NCBI RefSeq assembly: GCF_006345805.1
Contig: NC_043002.1
Location: forward strand, 26,040,001 to 26,104,000
Direction: 5' to 3'
Source: Octopus sinensis
Lineage: Eukaryota
Length of the DNA: 64,000 bases
The notes beneath the pieces were generated by a model. That model was given only the letters and a program-made list of their open reading frames with translations. It was not told where the DNA came from and ran no database searches. The translations under genes and the position numbers were made by a program. Shown piece after piece: positions 40,261 through 52,300 of this stretch. Numbering within the stretch: the stretch's first letter is position 1; the number at the start of each line of letters is the position of its first letter.

Positions 40261-40499
40261 TGTACATTATGTACATTTGACGGATATTTGTCCTCATCTT
40301 GTTTGTTGATAAACACAACGTTTCGGCTGATATACCCACCAGCCTTCATCAGGTGTTCTGGGGAAATTTTGAACCTGGGTTCTCATTGCAGGCTCGAAAT
40401 TTCCCCAAGACGGGAAGGCTGGCGGGTATATCAGCCGAAACGTTGTGTTAACAACAAACAAAATGAGGACAAATACCCGTCAAATGTAAATAATGTAAA
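40261..40499. mobile_element. ~240-bp foldback made of two inverted PLE-terminus-like arms
   Basis: 40261-40347 is ~90% identical to the reverse complement of 40414-40499. The inner GGGGAAATTTTGAACCTG / CAGGCTCGAAATTTCCCC also pair, leaving an ~11-nt loop. Confidence 0.9.
40312..40357 (-). ncRNA. Minimal type I hammerhead ribozyme motif
   Basis: Minus strand: AACAC CTGATGA A GGCTG-GTGGGTATAT-CAGCC GAAA CG TT GTGTT. Canonical core, perfect stems I and II, palindromic AACGTT helix III. Confidence 0.75.
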
Positions 40500-40879
40500 A
40501 ATGAATTCAAATCACGTAGTGGTATTTGTCTGGAAGAGATAAGTTCTTGTCTTAAAATCAAGTCTTAAAACCTTCTTAGTCAAAGCCATATGCATAACCT
40601 CGTATATCATGATTATGAAAAGTCACGTAAATGTTATATAGACGTTATATAACGATTCTAAACGGATCAAATGCGACGTTGGAAGTAACAGGATCAAATA
40701 TGAAATAAGAAAGCATCCAATATATTCCAAGTAATAATGATGATAACACCAACAATTTATAGTACAGATGTATATCATGCTTTCAGCAGAATAGGCCTGG
40801 AAACCAACATTTTTAAAGAATGTTTGTAACAGTTCAATAATTCTGATTGTCGGCTTCAAACTGATTTGACATGACACTG

Positions 40880-41790
40880 GATAACATACAGACATCTTAT
40901 GGAATGGCAGTAAGATTCATATCTGTGTTGACCTACTCTTTCTAAAATCAACCAGTGGATTTCGAAAATAGCCGAACTAAATTATTTTGATAGTCATTCG
41001 ACTTAGGTCGGAATTCTTGAAGATCTGTTTTATGGATATTTAATGTATTTTTATGCAGATAAAGTCTTGTCTCGAAGCTGATTTCTGTTGCTCCTGTGTA
41101 AGTTTTGTATGTAGGGCAATTTGGACCCGTATTTCATTTCTATACTCGACATCTTTGATCAGTCGATTGCTTTTACGTGGGTAGCAGCTGGGGTCTGTAT
41201 AATTATATTTCAGAATTTTTACCTTTTCATTAATAGTTATAGAGTTATTTTCTCTATTGTGTTACCTTCTCTGCCAGTAAAGCTCTTACAATTAGACTTG
41301 CTAATCTTCAGAGTTACTTCAGTTGAATATCCTATTATAGCCATGACCATAGATTGTAACTTAAAAATTCCCTCGCTTTTAGTCTTAACATTCATACTGG
41401 ATGTCGGATTGAACCCCAAGATCTTTCTAGTCCTATTTCCGCGAGAGCTTCCAGGGTTATTTTCATAATGGATCAGCACCAAGAAACCGCTGTTCTTAGG
41501 GGTATCGTTGTAGAAAGGTAAGGCCTTGTCGAAGATCACCTCGTTCACTGACAATGTGAAAATTCGATTCCTTGTATAATGATTCCCTGTATTATACTTA
41601 ATGACTTTAGGCGGGTGGTTAGAATTTTCATTTATACAGAATAACCTTTCATTAGAATTAGGGTAAAGTTTAGGACTGCTAGCTTCTAGATGTAAAGTAA
41701 CAGTCAAGAAGTTGACGCTGCTAAGGTTCACTGTTGATATGAAACTTGGAGAGGGAAGATTTGACCCAGTGTATGAGACATTAGATGGAT
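40880..41790 (-). mobile_element. Penelope-like retroelement relic (RT C-terminus, linker and GIY-YIG), probably Naiad-type
   Basis: Minus-strand fragments VNFLTVTL, INENSNHPPKVIK, IFDKALPFYNDTPKNSGF, NRTRKILGFNPTSSMNVKT, VKISKS-like, KTYTGATEISFETRLYLHK, IHWLILER. Clade assignment is from my memory of these motifs. Confidence 0.75.
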
Positions 41791-41854
41791 TTATTTCGAA
41801 GATAATTCCCTAGCTTGCAGCATCATTATCTAACACACACGTGTTGAAATAATT

Positions 41855-42846
41855 CACTATCCAGCAGAGTTTTTAAATTCCCTCGATCACCACACTATTG
41901 CAGTTAACAAAAGTCCTCAATAATGTCGAAGCGAAATTTAGTTAAGCTATGGCTATGCAATGGCACAAGAATAATAGTTAAGAAGCTTATGTCACCAAAG
42001 AAGGGGATAAAATTGTATTCAGAATTCCATATGAGCCAACAAATGTGGCCTTTTCATTTAAAAGGCTTCATTTTCCAATACGCCTAAGCTTTGACATGTC
42101 AATCAATATATCCCAAGGGAAAACAGTATCAGTTGCTGTATTACATGCATCCTTAAGATTTCAGTATTGCTCAAGGCCGGCTTTATGTAGGATGCTCAAA
42201 AACTGGAAGACTTCAATGATTTCTATTGGTAAAAACAAAATCATTATACATCCCGAAGCGCTGAAATGAGTGCTCAGAATTTCCAGGCTATCATACAAAG
42301 TGGGGTTAATCACAGTTATTAATATTATTTCTTTATCGACGTATGTAAGGTGGTATTGATATTTGGATGTGTGGCTTTCCTCTCAGCACTTTAGATTCAT
42401 GTTATAAGAATGATTCTATTTCCGTAGATAGTTCAACTCCGGTTTTTTTTATCAATTTTTCAAATTATCTGAAGTAGTTATGAATTTGAGTAACGGAAGA
42501 AATTTTAATATGATAAAGAAATTCTAACATGATAAGATATTCTAATATGATAAAACTGTCTTTATTTGATTTACCCCATATTCTTATCTGATACATTTGA
42601 ATTAGCTCTATCTACACAATTACATTACAAAATACTCTATTAATATTCAGTTTGAATATGTTGCACATTGCATTAGAGTACGTGTGCTACAAACATAAAA
42701 CAGTAAAATTCATTTCTTGTTTGAAAGCTGCTTTTAAAAAGAAATACAATAGAAATGTATAATACATTAAATGCCTGCATTATGAACACTGTCGGGGACC
42801 CTCAAAGTATACTTATCCACCCGAGAAACGCCGGATATTCTCCTAG
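41855..42846 (+). mobile_element. 3' portion of autonomous Helitron: PIF1-like helicase C-terminus relic plus intact 3' end
   Basis: Fragments YPAEFLNSL, RNLVKLWLCNGTRIIVKKLM, FRIPYEPTNVAFSFKRLHFPIRLSFDMSINISQGKTV, KNKIIIHPEALK*. Subterminal hairpin CCCGAGAAACGCCGG and CTAG at 42843-42846. Confidence 0.85.
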
Positions 42847-43004
42847 CATACAAACTACTATGTATTCATATATAGACATACACATGTATATGCATAAGAA
42901 CAAATAAGTAAAGATACACACATACACATACTCACACACACATATATATATAGACATATACATACACAATTATAGAGATACGTTTATGAGTATACCTTTG
43001 TTAT

Positions 43005-43106
<102 letters not shown>

Positions 43107-43611
43107 GTATGAATGACGAAGCCACCTTGAGCATAATCCTATGAACCCAGAAATTGAAAACAGAGGGTTACCCACTTGCAAACAAATGTGGTAACATATA
43201 ACAATATTGACCAAGGTTACCGTGGTCTTTTTCGTAGGCTTTTCTTCCCACGGATAAACCTTACTTGCTTTCCCCTTTACACCATATATCATAACACTGT
43301 GATACACGATCCCTATTGATCGTTCTTTTTTTTTCCTCTTCCCCTTTTTTTCCCTTTTTTTCTTCTTTTTTCATTTCTCTTTCCTTTTGTTCCTTTTCCT
43401 TTTCTTTTTTTTCTTTTTATTCTTTTTATTTTATTCATTTTTTGTTTTTGTTTTTGTTCTTTTCTTCCCTTTTACGATCCCTCTTGATCGAAAACCTACG
43501 CCACCCCCTTTTTTTTTCTTTTGTTTTTTGTTCTCTTCATCCCCCAAAAGAAAAGCTCTACCTTGTAACTTGTCCCATCTGTGTGCAGCCCTGTGTGGCC
43601 AATAAAGAAAC

Positions 43612-43702
<91 letters not shown>

Positions 43703-43704
43703 AT

Positions 43705-44558
43705 TAAGGCGTTCCGGCTAAATGACAGTTTGCATAAAGGGTTAAAGAAAACACAATATCCCACCCCAAAAGAAAAAATGTATTTAAAAAAAATCAAACA
43801 ATATTACCAACGTTTTGGTTGGCAGATAACAGTTTACTCAAAGTAGCCGCCCTCAAAACAACTCTGGAACCTGAGGCATTCATTCTTCACATTTTCCCTC
43901 GGAAGATCTTCAAACACTTTGATCTTGGCCATCAGCTCGGCATTGGTGCTACAGATATAGTGATAGATGTCCTTCTCAACGGCACTCCACACATAGTAAT
44001 CCATGGGATTACAATCGCGGAACTAGGAACCCAGAAATTGGGACTGGTGAAGCCGCAAAATTCCTCCGACAACCCATTCTAACGCTTTCTAGAGTATGGC
44101 AAAGAGCTGGATCCTGCTATAATACAGAAGCAACTTTCCTCATCTAAGGATTGACTTCAGACTCCAACAGCCCACTGAATTGAGTCTCGGGCCCTCAAAG
44201 ATGTGGGGAAGAATGCTGACGTGCGGACGCAGTTAGAACACTTGCTCTGTGTCTTCCTGCTGGTCACGGCATCGTCGTTTCAATTGCAACAGTCCATGTT
44301 ACTCCTTACAGCATTTACTGTGTACACAGTGCATTGAACACGAGTCATGATGTCTGAATTTTTGATATCCGGTGCGAATCAACATGATACAGTTAAATCT
44401 CTTTCAATATTGCGGTGGCTTCCAGTCCTCCATGTCAGCGAAGTTTTTTCAACTACAACGTTGATATTTATGCTCTCCAACGCGGTTGACTGTTCACCAA
44501 TATCTCAAGCTGTTCTTGGAAAAGGAGACAAATCGTGATATTTAGCCCGAAAACCCTG
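43705..44558 (-). mobile_element. Internally deleted maT-like (DD37D-type) element with both TIRs
   Basis: Minus-strand fragments QQDPALCHT, DCNPMDYYVWSAVEKD, NAELMAKIK. Right TIR TTTAGCCCGAAAACCCTG and left GGCGTTCCGGCTAAATGACAGTTTGCATAAA match the terminus at 5154. Confidence 0.8.
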
Positions 44559-45683
44559 TGCGTGGGCGCACACACACATAAATGCAAGTATGCATGTATG
44601 TATATATGTATTTATTCATATATACATATATATTTCTAATTCTCTATGTGTATGTATGTCTATAAAGACACATGCGCACACATAGACACACATGTATATG
44701 TTTATGGGGAGATATAGAAATACAACACTCAAAACCGTCTGGTGCATGTATAGTAATAATATTAATAAAAATGACTATCGAAGTTCCTAATATATGGATC
44801 TGATATAATGAAATTATCTAATAGGTTTAACAGAAATCCTGTTGAAGGATCAATTCATTCGATCTATTTGTTTAGTGGAATCGAGGATAGAAATTCATTA
44901 TACATTATATTGCCAATATAGAGAATTCACCCTTGTTAATATAATATGGTCAAAACAGCGAACGTATATCAATTCAACAGATCAAACACACTTGAGAAAT
45001 TGAAAATATTTATCACAGCAGCAATTCTTCTGATAAAGACTCGCTGCATTGTCTACATACTTGTACAAAGGAATATTCAACCTGTGTTATTTGAAAATCG
45101 CACAAGAAAGTTCTTTGAAAATTTTTCTTTTTTTTGTTGGATTCAATGTGTGGCTGCTAAAATAAATATCAGTTGAACACTGGAACGGTGATATAGTTGG
45201 CTTACCCTTCCTCTCGAATTTGCTAGCCTAGTGCTAAAATTTGAAGGGATTATATTCAGTCTGAATGAACGCAGACTATGGGAGAAACGAAGTACCGAGT
45301 GATTCTGTTAGTAAAATAGCCAAAGATTGTTTTCGACCTAACTGAATTTAGAGTAATATTTTTTGAGATACATAGAAATACATTCCGATAGTTGAAGATT
45401 TTATTTACCTAATTATTTTGTCAGTTATAATTTTGTGTTTTTTTTTAGTTGTACTTGTTATGTAGTTGAAAAGTTAACATAGGTATCTGAATAAATTGTT
45501 TTGCAATTGTTTATAAATCAAATAATGTATATTAGTTGAAACAAATTGTTGGCATTTTTGTTTTTAATATTTTTTACTATTAATATTATATTCATAGTAT
45601 ATTATGTTATAATATAAATAAATAGTTAGATTATCAATTGAATCTCTCTATTCAATTTATATATATATACATATATATATACA

Positions 45684-46103
45684 TAGGCGCAGGAGTGGCT
45701 GTGTGGTAAGTAGCTTGCTAACCAACCACATGGCTCCGGGTTCAGTCCCACTGCGTGGCATCTTGGGCAGGTGTCTTCTGCTATAGCCCCGGGCCGACCA
45801 ATGCCTTGTGAGTGGATTTGGTAGACGGAAACTGAAAGAAGCCTGTCGTATATATGTATATATATATGTGTGTGTGTGTGTATGTGTGTGTGTTTGTGTG
45901 TTTGTCCCCCTAGCATTGCTTGACAACCGATGCTGGTGTGTTTACGTCCCCGTCACTTAGCGGTTCGGCAAAAGAGACCGATAGAATAAGTACTGGGCTT
46001 ACAAAGAATAAGTCCCGGGGTCGATTTGCTCGACTAAAGGCGGTGCTCCAGCATGGCCGCAGTCAAATGACTGAAACAAGTAAAAGATAAAAAAGATAAA
46101 GAA
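45684..46103 (+). mobile_element. Full-length tRNA-derived SINE with internal (TA)/(TG) microsatellite and LINE-like 3' tail
   Basis: Head TGGCTGTGTGGTAAG...GGGTTCAGTCCCACTG, core CCTTGTGAGTGGATTTGGTAGACGGAAACTGAAAGAAGC, tail GGCGGTGCTCCAGCATGGCCGCAG...CTGAAACAAGTAAAAGA. Confidence 0.93.
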
Positions 46104-46138
46104 AGATATATATATATATTTATATATGCATACATATA

Positions 46139-46760
46139 CACTGTATTTATTATGGTAGCTTTAAATTTAAGAGTCCCTCATAGCGTGATTTAAGTGTAGT
46201 AATGCCCTTAATATGATATAAATCACTCCTCCATCGTTACCACACCCTTACACTTTCCAACCCCACCCTCCCTATACATTCCATCCCATACCCACCCAAT
46301 CCCACACATTCCACTCCCACATACCCCATCCCACCCTCCCACCTTACTCCCACATACCACACCACATCACACTACCCCGTACACACAAGCACCGACCACT
46401 TCCCAGCACCCACAACATCATCCACACGCCAACACATGCACACACGCACACGTCAAGTGTTACCAGCCCCTAACCACACGCACATACACGCACTCACATA
46501 CAACGCACGCGCACCTTCGTTTTGGGATCACCACTACTTCCTTCCTAGCTCTCCTGTTTGACCACTTCTCTTCGGCATTCAGCATGATTGGTCTCTAGCC
46601 ACTAACCCTTTTCTAATTTTCTCTCTCTCATTATTTCTGTGTTCCTTTGTGTTGTAAAAGATTTTCTCACTTCCCGAGCGTTAAAGTAATACATCTGTTT
46701 GTTGTTTACGCACCCGTCTTCGACTTGTGCTTTGCTTATTTTTTTGTAAATTCCAACAAT
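46139..46760 (+). mobile_element. Composite PLE-associated unit: 84-bp conserved block, C/A-rich middle, terminus unit (HHR core deleted), abutting (TA)n
   Basis: 46139-46222 matches 49397-49480; 46585-46760 matches 49640-49822. Confidence 0.65.
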
Positions 46761-46784
46761 ATATATACATGTGTGTGTGTGTAT

Positions 46785-46848
<64 letters not shown>

Positions 46849-46903
46849 CATACATACATATACATGTGTGTATGTATGTATATATATACATACATACACA
46901 TAC

Positions 46904-46982
<79 letters not shown>

Positions 46983-47790
46983 AACTTAATCAACAGCATT
47001 AACCACAGTATCCAGTTTACAATAGAATAGAAGGTGCAAAAATGATAGACATCTAAGAGTTACGGAAAACAAGAAAACACCATGACACACTTAAAACTCT
47101 ATCTTACGTATCAACACACAATCAATCCGATGAACATTGAAGCATACACATCATCCACCAAAACATACCCTCCTTATGAAGGACCCACGAATTAAAAAGG
47201 CACTAGAAACACATGGGATTATTAAAAGCAACAGACACCGCAATCCCTAGAAAATTACTCGCCAGCCCCAAATTACGTACCAAAAATACAACCCCAAAAT
47301 CAAAATGTGCAACCGCCCTAACTGCGGAACTTGCATCTTACTCTTAGAGGGTTCCACATGCAAATTTAAGTCAGGTCAAACTTTTACTATAAGATATGAC
47401 TTCACCTCTGCTTTGAAGAACTTAATCTATGTTCTTAAATGTGGAAATTGTGGTGGTGTCTACATTGGTCAAACCAGCTTAACTTTTAGGGATAGACTTA
47501 CGATGCACAGGCAACTAATCCGGGACCCCACCATTTGGAAAATTCCGTAAGCAAGAACCTAAACCAATGCCGTGTAGATATAAACCCTAAATACCAAATA
47601 TTCCCTCTTTATCAATGCACTGGAAACACTTAAACTCAATTCCGTCTAAATAAGGAAAAACATACTGATTAAAAAATTTAAACCATAGCTGAATATCCTT
47701 TAAAAAGAAGAAAAAGAGTAAAAAGAAAAAAAAAGACTTAAAAAAGAACAACCAGGAACAACAAAAATCTTTTTCGGAAAACATTAATTA
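46983..47790 (+). pseudogene. Penelope-like element ORF relic: RT thumb remnant, Cys-rich linker and GIY-YIG endonuclease
   Basis: [12 protein letters not shown] at 46992; MCNRPNCGTCILLLEGS...NLIYVLKCGNCGGVYIGQTSLTFRDRLTMHRQLIR (ORF 47305-47550). Stops and deletions elsewhere. Confidence 0.85.
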
Positions 47791-48265
47791 CAATCTTCCA
47801 CCCGGGTTCCGAAACCGCAACTCCAAATCACCATACAAACATCAACTGCCGACGTTACCCACCTCCAGTCCAATGAAATTCTAGAAACATCAGTTGTTGA
47901 CGTCACCTAACTACAGACCAATGAAAACCAAAGATCAGCGAATACAACGATCTATTAGAAGAGGATCTATTAGAAGAGGATAAGAAAAACTGTAAACCAA
48001 ATTCCCATTTTTTTTACTATTTTCATTTCACACTTATTTTTCTCAGTATGACTTGTCGACCACCATTAAAATTAATGAACTTTGTACATTCAAACAAATT
48101 GATATACAGGTTTAATTTTATTCAAGAGTAGTGTAGCCGGAGGGTAAATATCCAAACGAATCCGTAAATGGTAGATAAAGAGTAGCAAAAGAGTCCAGTG
48201 GAGAAGTTCGTAGTGGTAAGAAATGACAGGATCAACATGTGCGACCACGTGAGCGTGTAATATAT

Positions 48266-48462
48266 ATAGGGAGAGTTACCGAAAAAAACAAACAAAAGAC
48301 GAAGACAGGTGGTGTACAAAACAAACAGATGTATTATTATAACGTTCAGGAATAGAAAAAGTCTTTTACGTTTCGAGCCTACACTCTTCTATAGAAAGGG
48401 CTACAGAAAACAAGGAGAGAAACAAGGAGAGAAAAAAATGTGTGTAGTGGCTAACGATTGAC
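48266..48462 (-). mobile_element. PLE-terminus-like unit with hammerhead-like motif (48362-48399)
   Basis: Minus strand: CCCTTT CTATAGA AGAGT GTAG GCTC GAAA CGTA AAAGA; reverse complement of 49640-49822. Confidence 0.7.
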
Positions 48463-48734
48463 TGCTATGAGCATTCAAACTTACGCTTTCTGTTTTGAAC
48501 ATGTTAATTTATCAACATTAAAACATTTTAATTTGTCAAAATTGAAACATTTTAGTTTGTCAATATTGAAATTTTTAAAGATGCTTTTTTCTAATTTTAA
48601 AATTTAACTATTGATAAACTAAAAAATGTTGTTCAAATTAGATTTGTATATATGTAAATAAGTGTATTTTAAACTTTACGCGTTTTTGAAACTTAGGTGC
48701 ATTTTCAACAACACACTTTCCTATATATATACAT

Positions 48735-48886
<152 letters not shown>

Positions 48887-49046
48887 ATACATATATATAC
48901 ATTATATATATATATATATCTGATCTGTATAGATATACAAATTTAAAATTTAAAATAGGATAAAATCTTTATAAGAGTTTATCAAGTAGTCAGCATGAAA
49001 AACATCATAAGGGAAAAATTATGATTATCTCCTTTAAATATATTTA

Positions 49047-49480
49047 TTTATATTATATTAAGGGCATTACTACACATAAATGCCTCACGCTATGAGGGAC
49101 TCTTAAAGTTAGAGCTACCATAATAAATACAGTGTACCGAACGCGAGGGAATGCAACTGTAGAAGCCAGCACCTTAAAAACAGATTCAGCCGCATATCAT
49201 ATGACTTCCAAATTAGTGCCCAAAATGCACTTTTTAATCGTCAATGTAGGCATAATGAAGACATAAAATTGAACAAAATCAACACACTAGACGAACACCA
49301 AATGTATCCAACATAGCACATAGAGCTGTTCACTCCTATATATCTATGTAAGAGGAGCTCGCTTCTAGAGTTGCATTCCCTCACGCTCGTTGCACTGTAT
49401 TTATTATGGTAGTTTTAACTTTAAGAGTCCCTCATAGCGTGAGGTATCTATGTGTAGTAATGCCCTTAATATGATATAAA
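49047..49480. repeat. Inverted repeat: 128-bp arms at 49047-49174 and 49353-49480
   Basis: Arms are roughly 88% identical reverse complements by eye. Confidence 0.92.
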
Positions 49481-49510
49481 TTAAGATATAGATATACATA
49501 CATACATACA

Positions 49511-49542
<32 letters not shown>

Positions 49543-49563
49543 CATACATATATGTATATATCC

Positions 49564-49629
<66 letters not shown>

Positions 49630-49639
49630 CAGACGCCAT

Positions 49640-49822
49640 GATAGATCGCTAGCTACTACACGCATTTTTTCTCTCCTTGATTTTTTCTGTGTATGACTCT
49701 GTGGAAGGGCGTAGGCTCGAAACGTAAAAGACTTTTTCTATTCCTGAGCGCTATACTAATACATTTGTTTGTTTGTACACCACCTGCCTTCGTCTTTTGT
49801 TTATTTTCGTAAACTTTCCCTT
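49640..49822 (+). mobile_element. PLE-terminus-like unit with hammerhead-like motif (49694-49732), abutting (TA)n
   Basis: CTGTGGA AGGGC GTAG GCTC GAAA CGTA AAAGA...CTTCGTCTTTTG...AAACTTTCCCTTTATATA. Confidence 0.72.
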
Positions 49823-49856
49823 TATATATATATATATATAATATATATATATATAT

Positions 49857-49903
<47 letters not shown>

Positions 49904-49920
49904 CACATATATATATACAC

Positions 49921-49955
<35 letters not shown>

Positions 49956-49982
49956 TATACATATATATATATATATACACAC

Positions 49983-50026
<44 letters not shown>

Positions 50027-50089
50027 CATATATATACACACATATATATATAATATATATATATATTATATATATATATATATAATATA

Positions 50090-50129
<40 letters not shown>

Positions 50130-51028
50130 CAGACATCTATATAGTTAAAATAAATATACATGTATACATAGATATATATACATACATACATACATATAAA
50201 CATATATATATATATAAAGTTTTCCATCATTTTTCATTCACATGACATCAACCAGTCCAACGGTTTTTAATTAAACCCAAAAGTACATGGCTGTCAAATG
50301 GAGCTCTTAATATATACAATATTTAATTATATATAAAAATGATTTTTCTTATAACAGTGACCAATAAGAATTCAAGACTTAGTTTCACTTGATAACTGAC
50401 CTACAAATTTAAATTACATTCATTCTAGTTTTTGATTTAGTGAACATAAACGCCAAAAGGAATTATTAAATCTGCAACCAAAATCAATACCTTTGATTGT
50501 TGGAGCCACTAACCCTTATTTGCAACACAACACTCTCTCTTTCTAGTTTTCAGTGGCTTGTAATATTCTAATGCACATTTCTTATTGTCTAGTAGCAGGC
50601 TTTGCAAAATTCCTGAATATATTTCAGAATTAAAAGAAGGGTGAACTTTAACTAGATCCGCAATAACAAAGCAAAGCTCTGAGCCTGCAGCATGGTTTGG
50701 CTTTGCAAAAATCTTTTACTGAGTTGTAGAGTTGACAGTATACAGGAATATTATAAGTAGTGGGCACAAGAAACGAATTCTTAACAGCTGTGTTTGATTT
50801 GGATTTGGAACAGCAACAGATTTATTGACTTCAGCTACTCTCTCTCTCTCTCTCTCTCTCTCAACACACACAGACACACGCGGACACACGCACTCAGATA
50901 CATGTTTACACAAATTTAGGGGGAGATAATTCTCCCAGGAGTAGCCCTGCAGTGGAAGGTCTTCTCATGTTCAAGAGCACTTGAATGTGTTGAATATGAT
51001 TTTACACCAATGTATTTCAATCAATGTT

Positions 51029-51168
51029 GCTTCATGCAATATTATGTATTTAATTCTAGCTTCGCTTACCTTTACGAATCCAAGTAGATATCCCGTATAC
51101 TGTTTCAATGAGACTAATTTAATCTTTATCAGATTGCGAATGTTACTTTGTTCCTATGTTCTACAAAT
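51029..51168 (+). repeat. Copy 1 of a ~140-bp direct repeat (copy 2 at 55771-55910)
   Basis: ~88-90% identity by eye, e.g. shared CGTATACTGTTTCAATGAGACTAATTTAAT. Confidence 0.92.
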
Positions 51169-52049
51169 GTTGTTTGCTGGCGTAGTTGCCTTGCAGGTAA
51201 ATGATTTCATTCTGGATGTAGATAGTCCCAATATGATTTCAATCGACCCATATAGCCAACGGCGGGATTTTGTTTCGTTATTTTGTAGCAGTTAAAATAG
51301 ATCTGTATTCAATTTATAACTCCAAGGGAAATGAGTTTTGTAGTCACAGTTTCTTCTATAACTACAGGTAGAAATAATTTCTTTACTTGTTGAGCTGTTA
51401 TTTTCGTTCTGTTCCTCGGTTGTGCTGCTGATGTTGTGTCCAGCCATGTTGTTTGTAGTAACTCTCTGCATGTTTAGTTCATGTTTCAGTCGAAATTCAC
51501 TACGATCGTGGATAAAAAGCTCCCCAAGTTAATTCATCTGAAGATTAACCAGTTATCTAACAAGGCTGATAGTTGTGGCTCCAAAGTTGGAGATAGTATT
51601 CATCGTATTTTCGACAAATAATCTCCCATGCCAAATACACGACTTGTCGTTTCGAGTTCGTGTATGTATGCATGTATCTGGGAATGTATGTACTCTGACA
51701 GAGTCATCACCATCAAAACCAAGCTGAGAGTCTATAAAGCGTGCGTCTAAACTATTTCTTTTATAAATACACTTCTGAGACGTGAGCTACATATCGGCAT
51801 CACGCGAAAGATTCAATGAAGCTTGTTTTAAGTGGATCTTAAACATTAAATGGCAATCTCTAACATCATTGTTTTTAACGAGCCAACACATCTAGTAATG
51901 AGATGCACCTTATACACAATCAGATGCGGTGGGTTGAGGAAGTTTTTTTTACGGGGGGTTGCAACGTGCACACGTCCATGACATAAATCTAATAAATGTT
52001 TTAGGAATTTCGTCAAAAGTAACTTAAAGGTTCTTACTGTGGATTTTAA

Positions 52050-52300
52050 AGCCTAGGAACCGATGATGGAAAATTGGTCGGTTACGAAAGAAGTGATCTG
52101 CGATGGTTGTAAAGCATTTAAAATACGGAGAATCGAAAACATTATCTTGAAAGGAGCACTTGGTAAACATGGCTTGGCCTCAATTCAATGTATGTTTTCG
52201 GCTTGAACATATTTATAACATCTGAAATAGAGTCTGTTTTTCCAAATCCGGACTCGCTAGTCATATGAAATCAGATGACGAGATTTTCTAATTGAAGAGG
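52050..52300 (+). mobile_element. RTE-clade LINE 3' end relic
   Basis: Fragments KEVICDGCKAFKIRRIENIILKGALGK and RVCFSKSGLASHMKS resemble the RTE ORF2 C-terminus and its C2H2-like finger. Confidence 0.55.
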
